This document shows positions 1 through 8,555 of a DNA stretch of 64,000 nt, one piece after another. This DNA comes from Candidatus Omnitrophota bacterium (GTDB taxonomy: Bacteria > Omnitrophota > Gorgyraeia > Gygaellales > Profunditerraquicolaceae): NCBI GenBank assembly GCA_026387335.1, contig JAPLLX010000007.1, positions 243-64,242 of the forward strand, written 5' to 3'. The number at the start of each line of letters is the position of its first letter. The first letter of the stretch is position 1. Made by a program: the position numbers and the translations under genes. The notes under the pieces were generated by a model. It was not told where the DNA came from. It worked only from the letters and a program-made list of their open reading frames with translations, and searched no databases.

Positions 1-2
1 CT

Positions 3-755
3 TATCCGGGGTTCCTGCAATCAATAGATCCCCGCGTCAAAACCGCTACCTTTTTATTACTTTGTATCGCGGTCTTAATCGCGCGCAATATATACCTGCT
101 GATTTTCCTGTATCTGTTCTGTCTATCTCTTGCCTGCGTTTCCAGGGTTAGCTTAAGATTTTTTATAAAAAGGACCTGGGTTTTTATACCGCTTTTTTCT
201 CTTCTTATCGCTATCCCGGCGTTGTTTAGTTTTATCAGCCCCGGTGAGCCGCTTTTTAGTTTTAAGCTATTCGGTTTAGGGCTGGTGATCACGCGTCCGG
301 GCCTTGCCGGCGCTGTTTTGTTTGTAGCCAGAGTCGCTACTTCAGTATCATTGGTAATTTTGCTTGGGCTAACTACCAGACACGCTACTCTGCTGAGGGT
401 TTTACGCGTTTTTAAGGTGCCGCAGATCTTTGTTATGGTCCTGGGGATGACTTACAGGTATATCTATCTCTTTACCGAGATTGTGGAGCATACGTATCTG
501 GCCATCAAAAGCCGCACCGGCGGGCTCATTCATTATAAAAAAGGCCAGTCAATAGTAGCCTGGAGTATCGCGAATCTCTGGCAAAGGTCTTTTAAGCTCA
601 ATGAAGATGTTTATGGCGCTATGCTTTCCCGCGGCTATACAGGAGAACCGGTTTTATTGGAGGGTTTTAGGAGCTCTCTTAAAGACTGGGTTTGGTTTTG
701 TTCAGTGGCAATAATATTTGTTTTCATAATTCTCTCTAAAATATGGATGAGTTGA
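3..755 (+). CDS. cbiQ: ECF/cobalt transporter transmembrane (T) component CbiQ/EcfT, 5' end cut by window edge
   Basis: Frame 3 is open from base 3 (YPGFLQSIDPRVKT...), so the listed TTG start at 222 is internal. Polytopic hydrophobic protein with a CbiQ-like C-terminal region (LRVFKVPQIFVMVLGMTYRYIYLF...AIKSR). Overlaps the downstream ATPase gene. Confidence 0.8.
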   Translation, partial: YPGFLQSIDPRVKTATFLLLCIAVLIARNIYLLIFLYLFCLSLACVSRVSLRFFIKRTWVFIPLFSLLIAIPALFSFISPGEPLFSFKLFGLGLVITRPGLAGAVLFVARVATSVSLVILLGLTTRHATLLRVLRVFKVPQIFVMVLGMTYRYIYLFTEIVEHTYLAIKSRTGGLIHYKKGQSIVAWSIANLWQRSFKLNEDVYGAMLSRGYTGEPVLLEGFRSSLKDWVWFCSVAIIFVFIILSKIWMS

Positions 756-1555
756 TTTTTAAGCTAAATAACGTGCATTTTTCCTATCTTCATAAATATC
801 CTGCTTTGTGCGGGATAGATATGGAGATCAGCAAGGGAGAGAAGATAGCGATTCTTGGCGCGAACGGCTCAGGAAAGTCCACACTTTTACAGCTTTTGGA
901 TGCCCTTATTTTCCCTCATAAAGGGAGGGTGGAGGCATTCGGCCGGGAATTAAATGAGACGGATTTTAACGCCGCTTCTTTTTGCCGGGATTTTAGGAGT
1001 AAAGTGGGCTTAGTCTTTCAAAATCCGGATATTCAACTTTTTTGTTCTACGGTAAAAGAGGATATTTTATTCGGGCCGCTGCAGCTTGGGTTGGATAGGC
1101 TCAGGATTAAGCAGAAGATGGATGCAATCGTTGAAGACCTAGGGATAGCGGATTTACTGGAGCGCTCTCCGCATCAGTTAAGCGTAGGCGAGAAACGCAA
1201 AGTTTCCATAGCAACTATTTTGATTATCGAGCCGGAGGTTATTCTTTTGGATGAGCCGACAGCCGGGCTTGATCCGCAGACCGCCAGGCACATTATGGAT
1301 ATTATTATCGAAGCTAATGCGTCCGGAAAAACCATAATTACCGCTACTCATGATTTGCATATTGTGGAAGAGATAGCCGATACCGCTTATATTTTAAACC
1401 GCCAAAAGCAGATAGCTAAGCGCGGTCCGGTGGGAGAGCTGTTATTAGATGAAGAATTACTGAAAAGCCATAATCTTACGCATATACATAAACACAGGCA
1501 TAAAGATGAAGTGCATATACATCCGCATCAGCATATAGACCATCATCAGCATTAA
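743..1555 (+). CDS. cbiO: ECF/cobalt transporter ATP-binding protein CbiO/EcfA with His-rich C-terminal tail
   Basis: Walker A GANGSGKST, ABC signature LSVGEKRKV, Walker B ILLDEPTAGLD, H-loop ATHD. C-terminus is HIHKHRHKDEVHIHPHQHIDHHQH. Confidence 0.9.
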   Translation: MDELIFKLNNVHFSYLHKYPALCGIDMEISKGEKIAILGANGSGKSTLLQLLDALIFPHKGRVEAFGRELNETDFNAASFCRDFRSKVGLVFQNPDIQLFCSTVKEDILFGPLQLGLDRLRIKQKMDAIVEDLGIADLLERSPHQLSVGEKRKVSIATILIIEPEVILLDEPTAGLDPQTARHIMDIIIEANASGKTIITATHDLHIVEEIADTAYILNRQKQIAKRGPVGELLLDEELLKSHNLTHIHKHRHKDEVHIHPHQHIDHHQH

Positions 1556-1598
1556 CTTGGTAATTTTAAGTTGAATTATTAAAACAAAGTGCTAAATT

Positions 1599-2780
1599 AT
1601 GGGTAATATGAAGAAAATAATATTTACAGTTACCATTCTTTTCTGTCTGCCTATATTTATAAATCTAAGTAAGGCATATGGCGATGACACACATACATTG
1701 ATGGTTTTTCATTCGCCAAGCTGTCACAGGTGTATTGAGGTTAAAAAGGATATTCTGCCTGCAATTGAAAAAGAATTTAAGGGTAGGATCCAGATAAAAT
1801 ATTACGATATTACGGATATTAATAATTACGCGTTAGTCTTCGGGCTTAAGGATAAATACAATAAGGATTTTGAGCTTACCCTGCCGGTATTTTTTATCAA
1901 TGGCCGCTTAATTAATGGCCAGGGCGATGTAAAAAGCAATCTTAAATTAGCTATTGACGTTTCTTTGGGAGAGGCCCGTAGGGAGGAAGGAGCGTTGAGA
2001 GTGGATTTAGCCAGTCGCTTCAGTAGTTTTAAACCTTTGGCTATTGCCGGCGCCGGCCTTACCGACGGGATTAATCCCTGCGCGTTTACGGTTATAGTGT
2101 TCTTTATTTCATATCTGGCGCTTCAGGGATACAAAAAGTTAGAACTTATTATCATAGGGCTTTCTTTTATATTCGCTGTTTTTTGCACGTATTTATTGAT
2201 CGGCCTGGGGATTTTTAATTTCCTTTACCAACTTGAGGGTTTTTGGATCCTGGCTAAAGTTTTTAATATTTCAATCGGGATATTCAGTTTAATATTAGGG
2301 GGACTGGCCCTTTACGATTTAATAAAGTTTAGCAAGACTAAAAGCTCGGATGGTCTGCTCCTGCAATTGCCGCAGGCCCTAAAGAATCAGATACATTCCA
2401 TAATCGGGATGCATTACCGTAAGCCTAAAGAGGCCGCTACAAAAAAGAACGCCTTGTTTAGGTTCGCCAGGTTAGTTTTAAGCGCGCTTATTACGGGATT
2501 TTTAGTTTCTATTTTAGAGGCAGTTTGCACCGGCCAGCTTTATCTGCCGACGATCACCTTTATTCTAAAGACTGACACATTTAAGCTAAAAGCGTTTACC
2601 TACCTGTTAATTTATAATATTATGTTTATTATACCGCTAGTCATAATATTTCTTTTGGCGCTCTGCGGAGTTACTTCGCAGCAGTTCGCTCAATTTATCA
2701 GGAAGCATATGGTGGGCATAAAATTGCTCATGGCGGTTGTATTTATCAGTTTAGGCGTATTATTAGTCTGGAGGGGATAG
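1599..2780 (+). CDS. Thioredoxin-fold domain (CxxC) fused to CcdA/DsbD-type thiol-disulfide transporter membrane domain
   Basis: Signal/TM segment, then SPSCHRC redox motif, then a multi-TM region with GINPCAFTV and a second Cys (EAVCTGQLYLP), typical of the DsbD/CcdA core. Confidence 0.7.
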   Translation: MGNMKKIIFTVTILFCLPIFINLSKAYGDDTHTLMVFHSPSCHRCIEVKKDILPAIEKEFKGRIQIKYYDITDINNYALVFGLKDKYNKDFELTLPVFFINGRLINGQGDVKSNLKLAIDVSLGEARREEGALRVDLASRFSSFKPLAIAGAGLTDGINPCAFTVIVFFISYLALQGYKKLELIIIGLSFIFAVFCTYLLIGLGIFNFLYQLEGFWILAKVFNISIGIFSLILGGLALYDLIKFSKTKSSDGLLLQLPQALKNQIHSIIGMHYRKPKEAATKKNALFRFARLVLSALITGFLVSILEAVCTGQLYLPTITFILKTDTFKLKAFTYLLIYNIMFIIPLVIIFLLALCGVTSQQFAQFIRKHMVGIKLLMAVVFISLGVLLVWRG

Positions 2781-3145
2781 TGCTTAAATCCTTCTTTATA
2801 TTTATTATTTTAGCGGCTGTTTTGTCTGTATGTCAGGCAGAAGATCCTTACGCCTGGGATTTTGGTCAGGTTAAGCCCGGGGAGGTTGTTACCCACGATT
2901 TTATATTCAAGAATGAGACAGGTAAGGAGCTGAAGATAAAAGATACAAATACATCCTGCGGCTGCACTGTTTCAGCGGTTGAAAAGAAAACTCTCCTGCC
3001 GGGGGAATCTACTAAGATCAGCGTTAAATTTAATTCCCAAGGCTATTCAGGCGCTGTGCAGCAGTTTATCTATGTCAACACGGATAATCTTGACAACCCA
3101 GTCATTAGGTTTATAATTAAAGCTAACGTAGCTAATAATAAATAA
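2780..3145 (+). CDS. DUF1573 domain secreted protein
   Basis: Signal peptide followed by a FxFxN..G...L.I....TSCGCT pattern (HDFIFKNETGKELKIKDTNTSCGCTV). GTG start overlaps the upstream stop. Confidence 0.7.
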   Translation: MLKSFFIFIILAAVLSVCQAEDPYAWDFGQVKPGEVVTHDFIFKNETGKELKIKDTNTSCGCTVSAVEKKTLLPGESTKISVKFNSQGYSGAVQQFIYVNTDNLDNPVIRFIIKANVANNK

Positions 3146-3159
3146 AACTTTAACATAAA

Positions 3160-3276
3160 AATACCAATTACCAAATCCCAATGACGAATGAATGATTTAA
3201 ATCCCAATTCCCAATTGGGACATTGGATAATTGTGATTTCATTTGACATTGGAACTTGGACATTGGGAATTAATAT
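3160..3276 (+). promoter_or_regulatory. Candidate operator/promoter region upstream of htpX: array of CCAAT and ATTGG half-sites around palindrome CCCAATTGGG
   Basis: CCAAT at 3164, 3179, 3204 and 3211. Palindrome CCCAATTGGG at 3210-3219. GACATTGG repeated at 3219, 3245 and 3259. Possible TTGGAA-N16-TAATAT promoter at 3249-3276. Confidence 0.4.
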
Positions 3277-3298
3277 GTTTATGAGGAGGTAAATTACA

Positions 3299-4261
3299 AT
3301 GTGGTCCTTACAATTAAGGATGTGGTTATTAGTGACAATTCTTTTCGGTTTTATCTACGCGCTTATTGTTGTCGTCGGAAGAACATTCCTGCACGTAGGG
3401 GATTTCAGTTTCTACCTGATTATTTCTCTTGTCCTTATGTTTGTGCAGTATATGATCGGGCCAAAGATCGTGGAATGGACGATGCGCGTTAAGTATATTA
3501 AAAGGCAGGACAACCCCAGATTATTCCAGATGGTAGAGAATTTAGCCAACCGGGCAAATATCCCCACGCCTAAAATCGGAATAGCCCAGATAGAAATCCC
3601 TAATGCTTTTGCTTTTGGCAGGAGTATAGGCGATGGAAGGGTTTGCGTTACGCAGGGTATTTTAGGTTTATTAAGCGATGAAGAATTAAGGGCGGTCTTG
3701 GGTCATGAGCTAAGCCATTTAAAGAACAGGGATGTTTTAACCATAACCCTGCTTTCGGTGATTCCTATGATTATGTACAGGATTGCCTGGCAATTTCTTT
3801 TTTACGGCCGCCGGCGCGACGAAAGGGGAGGAAATACCGTATTAATCGGTTTGGCAGCTTTCGTTTTTTATTTTATTACCAACCTTTTAGTGCTTTATGC
3901 TTCGCGTATCCGCGAATATTTCGCGGATAGGGGCTCTGTGGCTTTAGGTAATCGGCCCTCGGCGCTGGCCTCTAGCCTTTATAAGCTTGTTTACGGGTCT
4001 GCCCGTATGAGTCCGGAGGCGCTCAAGGAATCAGAAGGCCTGAAGGCATTTTTTGTAAATGATCCTTCGCAGGCAAGGAATGAAATCAGGGAATTGGCCC
4101 AACTAGACCTTGATAAAAGCGGGACTATTGACCCTGCGGAGTTAGATATATTAAGAAATAAGGATATACGCTTAAGTTTAGGGGATAAATTAATGGAATT
4201 GCTAAGTACGCATCCTAATATGCTTAAGCGCATCAAGAGGCTTTCGGAGCACAAGGCGTAA
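3299..4261 (+). CDS. htpX: M48 zinc metalloprotease HtpX homolog
   Basis: HELSHLKNRD zinc motif (HExxH), four TM segments, C-terminal STHP..RI motif. Strong RBS GAGGAGG upstream. Confidence 0.9.
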   Translation: MWSLQLRMWLLVTILFGFIYALIVVVGRTFLHVGDFSFYLIISLVLMFVQYMIGPKIVEWTMRVKYIKRQDNPRLFQMVENLANRANIPTPKIGIAQIEIPNAFAFGRSIGDGRVCVTQGILGLLSDEELRAVLGHELSHLKNRDVLTITLLSVIPMIMYRIAWQFLFYGRRRDERGGNTVLIGLAAFVFYFITNLLVLYASRIREYFADRGSVALGNRPSALASSLYKLVYGSARMSPEALKESEGLKAFFVNDPSQARNEIRELAQLDLDKSGTIDPAELDILRNKDIRLSLGDKLMELLSTHPNMLKRIKRLSEHKA

Positions 4262-4273
4262 CTTTCTAACGTT

Positions 4274-4318
4274 AGGGACGGTTCTATTCGTATAGCCTAA
4301 AGCAATAGAACCGTCCCT
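4274..4318 (+). repeat. Perfect 15-bp-stem palindromic element (AGGGACGGTTCTATT / AATAGAACCGTCCCT), probable terminator of htpX
   Basis: Arms at 4274-4288 and 4304-4318 are exact reverse complements. The same GGGACGGTTCT arm recurs at 26160-26234. Confidence 0.7.
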
Positions 4319-4361
4319 TTCTATTGACATAACCCCAATTCCACTATATAATTATAAAACT

Positions 4362-5813
4362 ATGGAGTTGAACGAACTTATCCAACAAAGAAAGGCTAAA
4401 GCCGAAGCGCTTAAAGCCAAAGGGGTTGTTTTATACCCTAGCCAAAGCTCTAAATATGTGAGCATAGGCCAGGTTTTGGTTGATTTTAAGGAAGGCCAGA
4501 AATTAGCCTTTTGCGGCCGCATTACTGCCAAACGTTCGCACGGAAAAGCCGCGTTTTTAGACTTAAGGGATTCAACCGGAAAGATTCAGCTTTATATCAA
4601 AAAGGATATCGTAGGAGAAGATAACTTTTTTATCTTCGAGAATATCGATATTGCTGATTTTGTCGAGGTAACCGGCGAACTTTTTAAGACGCATACCGGT
4701 GAGCCTACGCTTAAAGTAGAAGCAATGAAGGTTCTGGCCAAAGCTTTAAGGCCGCTTCCTGAAAAATGGCATGGCCTGCGGGATGTCGATATCCGCTACC
4801 GGCAGCGTTATCTGGATTTGATTGCGAATGAAGATGTAGCTAAAGTATTCCAGCAGCGTTCAAAAATAATTAAAGCGATCCGGGATTTTCTCGACGCCAA
4901 AGGCTTTCTAGAGGTAGAGACTCCGATGATGCATTCTATTCCGGGGGGTGCCGCCGGCAGGCCGTTTAAGACCTATCACAATGAATATAGTATGGATTTA
5001 TTCTTGAGGATTGCTCCGGAGCTCTATTTAAAACGGCTTTTAGTTGGAGGCTTGGACCGGGTTTACGAGATCAACCGCTCTTTCCGCAATGAAGGCGTAT
5101 CTACCCGGCATAACCCTGAGTTTACGATGTTGGAAGTTTACCAGGCTTATTCTGATTACGCCGGGATGATGCATTTAGCTGAAAGTTTAATAGTAACTTT
5201 AGCGCAAGGCATTTGCGGTAAAACGATTATCAATTATCAGGGTAAGGAGCTGGATTTTACTCCTCCCTGGAAGCGGATTTCTTTTAAAGAATTGGTCAAG
5301 AATGAATTTGGCATTGTTCCTGAGGATGACGCAGCCCAAATGCTCAAAAAGCTTAAAGCCAAAGGTTTTGCCAAAGAGGTAAATAAGCTTTCGCGCACGC
5401 AGATCGCCAAGATCATCGAGGAGGTTCTCGAAGGGCAGATGAGTTTAAATCCTACTTTCGTTACGGATTATTTCAGCAGCATGTGCCCGTTAGCTAAGAG
5501 TAAGTTGGACGAACCCCTAGTCTCGGAGAGGTTTGAATTATATATAGCCGGAATGGAAGTCGGCAATGCCTACTCCGAGTTAAATGATCCCCTTGAGCAG
5601 AGGGCTCGCTTTGAAGATGAGATTAAAGAGCTTGTAACTGCTGAACAGAAGAATATTGACGATGATTATTGCCTGGCGCTTGAGCACGGTATGCCTCCGG
5701 CAGGCGGGTTGGGTATCGGCATAGACCGGCTGGTAATGCTTTTAACCGATCAACCTTCAATCAGGGATGTAATTTTGTTCCCTCTTTTACGTTCGGAGCA
5801 AGAAGATAAATAG
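4362..5813 (+). CDS. lysS: Lysine--tRNA ligase (class II)
   Basis: OB-fold N-terminus and class II motifs (FRNEG, GGLGIGIDRLVMLL). The length of 483 aa is typical. Confidence 0.95.
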   Translation: MELNELIQQRKAKAEALKAKGVVLYPSQSSKYVSIGQVLVDFKEGQKLAFCGRITAKRSHGKAAFLDLRDSTGKIQLYIKKDIVGEDNFFIFENIDIADFVEVTGELFKTHTGEPTLKVEAMKVLAKALRPLPEKWHGLRDVDIRYRQRYLDLIANEDVAKVFQQRSKIIKAIRDFLDAKGFLEVETPMMHSIPGGAAGRPFKTYHNEYSMDLFLRIAPELYLKRLLVGGLDRVYEINRSFRNEGVSTRHNPEFTMLEVYQAYSDYAGMMHLAESLIVTLAQGICGKTIINYQGKELDFTPPWKRISFKELVKNEFGIVPEDDAAQMLKKLKAKGFAKEVNKLSRTQIAKIIEEVLEGQMSLNPTFVTDYFSSMCPLAKSKLDEPLVSERFELYIAGMEVGNAYSELNDPLEQRARFEDEIKELVTAEQKNIDDDYCLALEHGMPPAGGLGIGIDRLVMLLTDQPSIRDVILFPLLRSEQEDK

Positions 5814-5814
5814 A

Positions 5815-7005
5815 ATGAACTCAGAGTTAATGATAAGCTGGCGGTATTTGACCACTAAGAGAAAAGAAAAATTCATCTCTCTTATCAGTATCATCTCAAT
5901 TTTGGGGATAGCTATAGGAGTGATGGCTTTAATCATAGTTATCGCGGTTATGTCGGGTTTTGATAAGGACCTGCACGATAAGATAATCGGAAATTATTCA
6001 CACATTAATTTGACCGCTTTTAAGGCGATAGGGGATAGTGAATACGCGGTTATCGCCAAAAGCGTTTCCGCTAATCCGCACGTTATCGGAATAAGCCCTT
6101 ATATACAGGGACAGGTCTTATTGAAAGATAATAACCGCTATTTTGCCGTAGGATTAAAAGGGATCAACCCCGCGGCGGAAAGCAAAGTCACTAAAGTCAG
6201 GGAATATATAAAGCAGGGCAGTATTGATAATTTAGCGGAAGGCTCGATTATCGTCGGTAAAGAGTTAGCCGGATATTTAGGTTTAGAATTAAATTCTAAC
6301 CTTTCTCTGCAGTCGCCTTTAGGCAAACAATATACCCTGAAGGTCGCCGGGATCTTCAGTTCCGGGATGTATGATTACGACCTTAACCTGGTGTTTACGA
6401 ACTTAAAAACCGCGCAGGATATTTTTGGGCTGAATAACCAGATAACCAGCGTGGCCCTGAAACTGGATAATCCGGATTTAGCGGCTCAAATCAGGCAGGA
6501 ACTGGCTTTGGCATTAGGTTATAATTATAACCTAAAGACCTGGATGGAGGCGAACCAGAATTTCTTTGCGGCCTTAAAATTAGAAAAACTGACTATGTTT
6601 ATAATCTTGACTCTAATCATATTAGTCGCTTCATTTAATATCATCAGTACTCTCATAGTCATGGTGGTCGAGAAAACAAAAGATATCGGCGTATTAAGGG
6701 CGCTGGGGATGAGCGCTTTGAGCATAAGAAAGATATTTACTTATCAGGGTTTAATAATCGGGTCATTAGGGACATTGCTGGGGTCTTTTAGCGGAATACT
6801 TATATGTTTTTTGCTTAAAAAGTACCAATTTATAAAATTACCGCAGGATATATATTATATTGACCGCTTGCCTGTGATCATCCAGATTTGGCCGGATATG
6901 GTTTTAATCGTTGTGTCGGCTTTAGTCATAATTTTAGTGGCGACCATATATCCGGCGTCCCGGGCCAGCCGTTTAAAACCGGTAGAGGCATTAAGGTACG
7001 AATAG
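5815..7005 (+). CDS. lolC: Lipoprotein-releasing system permease LolC/LolE (FtsX-like)
   Basis: MacB/FtsX-type topology with a large periplasmic loop. C-terminus is ATIYPASRASRLKPVEALRYE. Followed by lolD. Confidence 0.85.
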   Translation: MNSELMISWRYLTTKRKEKFISLISIISILGIAIGVMALIIVIAVMSGFDKDLHDKIIGNYSHINLTAFKAIGDSEYAVIAKSVSANPHVIGISPYIQGQVLLKDNNRYFAVGLKGINPAAESKVTKVREYIKQGSIDNLAEGSIIVGKELAGYLGLELNSNLSLQSPLGKQYTLKVAGIFSSGMYDYDLNLVFTNLKTAQDIFGLNNQITSVALKLDNPDLAAQIRQELALALGYNYNLKTWMEANQNFFAALKLEKLTMFIILTLIILVASFNIISTLIVMVVEKTKDIGVLRALGMSALSIRKIFTYQGLIIGSLGTLLGSFSGILICFLLKKYQFIKLPQDIYYIDRLPVIIQIWPDMVLIVVSALVIILVATIYPASRASRLKPVEALRYE

Positions 7006-7013
7006 GGATAGAT

Positions 7014-7676
7014 TTGTTAGAAGCTAAAAATATACATAAAGTTTATAATGACGGCAAGCGCGATCTTCCGGTCTTAAAAGGCGTAAACTTAAAGATTGAA
7101 GAAGGCGCCTTTATTGCCATTGTCGGCCCGTCAGGCGCAGGTAAGTCCACTTTATTGCATATATTGGGCGGCCTGGATTCTCCTACGCAGGGAGAAGTCG
7201 TTTTGGGCCAAGAAGATATTTATAAGCTTAGCGATGTAGAGCTTTCACGCATAAGAAATGAAAGAATAGGGTTTGTCTTTCAATTTTATCACCTGTTGGG
7301 CGAATTGTCGGTTTTAGAAAATGTCCTTATGCCTGCCTGGATAAGGGCAAAAGCCTCAGGTGATATAAACGCAAGGGCGCTTAAACTTATTGCTCAGGTA
7401 AATTTAACTGAAAGGCTAACGCATTTACCCGCGCAATTATCCGGCGGAGAAAAACAGAGAGTGGCTATCGCGCGCGGCTTGATGAATAAACCCAGCCTGC
7501 TTTTCTGCGATGAGCCGACAGGTAATCTTGATTCCAAGACGGGTACGGAGATCATTGCTTTAATAAAGAAAGCCAGCTTGGAAGATAAAATGACGGTGGT
7601 TTTAGTAACGCATAACGTGGAATTGACTAAAATTGCGGACAAGGTCTATAATTTAAAAGACGGAGTGTTAATTTAG
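7014..7676 (+). CDS. lolD: Lipoprotein-releasing system ATP-binding protein LolD
   Basis: Walker A GPSGAGKST, signature LSGGEKQRVAIARG, Walker B LLFCDEPTGNLD. The track ORF start at 6888 overlaps lolC. TTG at 7014, just after the lolC stop, fits the conserved N-terminus (LLEAKNIHKVY). Confidence 0.85.
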   Translation: MLEAKNIHKVYNDGKRDLPVLKGVNLKIEEGAFIAIVGPSGAGKSTLLHILGGLDSPTQGEVVLGQEDIYKLSDVELSRIRNERIGFVFQFYHLLGELSVLENVLMPAWIRAKASGDINARALKLIAQVNLTERLTHLPAQLSGGEKQRVAIARGLMNKPSLLFCDEPTGNLDSKTGTEIIALIKKASLEDKMTVVLVTHNVELTKIADKVYNLKDGVLI

Positions 7677-7684
7677 GAGGTAAA

Positions 7685-8554
7685 ATGAAAATTTATATCA
7701 ACGGGAAATTTTACGAAAAGAACGAAGCAAAAGTATCTGTGTTTGACCATGGCCTGCTTTACGGTGACGGAGTATTTGAAGGGATCCGTTCGTATAACCG
7801 CCTGGTTTTTAAATTAAGGGAGCATATTGACCGGTTATTTGAGTCAGCCAAGAGTATTATGCTTAATATCCCTCTTTCTAAAGAAGAATTGATCAAGGCA
7901 ACCGTTCTTACGCTAAAGAAGAATAACCTTAAGGATTCCTATATCCGCCTGGTGGTTACGCGCGGAGAAGGGGACTTAGGACTTGACCCGCGTAAATGCA
8001 ACGGTAACGCGACAATTATTATCATTACCGATAAAATCAACTTATATCCGGATAAATTTTATAAACAAGGCCTAAAGATTATTACTGTGCCGACGATCCG
8101 GAATCTGCCGGAGGCGTTAAACCCCCAGATCAAGTCTTTAAATTACCTCAATAATATTTTAGCCAAGATTGAGGCGACCAACGCCGGCTGCGATGAAGCG
8201 ATCATGCTGGATTCTTTAGGTTATGTGGCTGAATGCACCGGGGACAATATTTTTATTGTGAAAGATAAACATCTTTATACGCCTCCGCAATGCATGGGCA
8301 CGCTTAGAGGCATTACTCGCGACGCGGTTTTAGAAATCGCCCGCAAGGAGAAAACTCCGGCGCACGAACATGTGATTACGCGCCATGAAGTTTATATCTC
8401 CGATGAGTGTTTTCTTACCGGAACAGCCGCGGAGATCGTCCCCGTGGTCATGGTAGACGGAAGGGTGATTGGCGATGGTAAACCCGGAAAAGTGACCTCA
8501 GCGCTTTTAAAGAAATTCCGGGAACTCACTAAGAAAGAAGGGGTTAAATATTAA
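7685..8554 (+). CDS. ilvE: Branched-chain amino acid aminotransferase (fold-type IV PLP enzyme)
   Basis: N-terminal VSVFDHGLLYGDGVFEGIR, EGDLGLDP and LNYLNNILAK motifs typical of the class IV aminotransferase IlvE. Confidence 0.85.
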   Translation: MKIYINGKFYEKNEAKVSVFDHGLLYGDGVFEGIRSYNRLVFKLREHIDRLFESAKSIMLNIPLSKEELIKATVLTLKKNNLKDSYIRLVVTRGEGDLGLDPRKCNGNATIIIITDKINLYPDKFYKQGLKIITVPTIRNLPEALNPQIKSLNYLNNILAKIEATNAGCDEAIMLDSLGYVAECTGDNIFIVKDKHLYTPPQCMGTLRGITRDAVLEIARKEKTPAHEHVITRHEVYISDECFLTGTAAEIVPVVMVDGRVIGDGKPGKVTSALLKKFRELTKKEGVKY

Positions 8555-8555
8555 T

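Noticed and set aside
3301-3492. 63-aa + strand ORF overlapping the start of htpX in another frame.
   Set aside because: It is entirely nested in the htpX coding region, has no RBS of its own, and its peptide is featureless.
6888-7013. Upstream extensions of track ORFs: lolD from 6888, yacL-like from 16106, UbiA-like from 37490, fumarase beta from 51980, tsaB from 28637, ATPase from 41517, and the secreted protein from 44776.
   Set aside because: The extensions overlap the preceding gene or non-coding RNA and lack homology-like sequence. Downstream starts with RBSs or stop-start overlaps fit the conserved N-termini better. The exact starts remain predictions.
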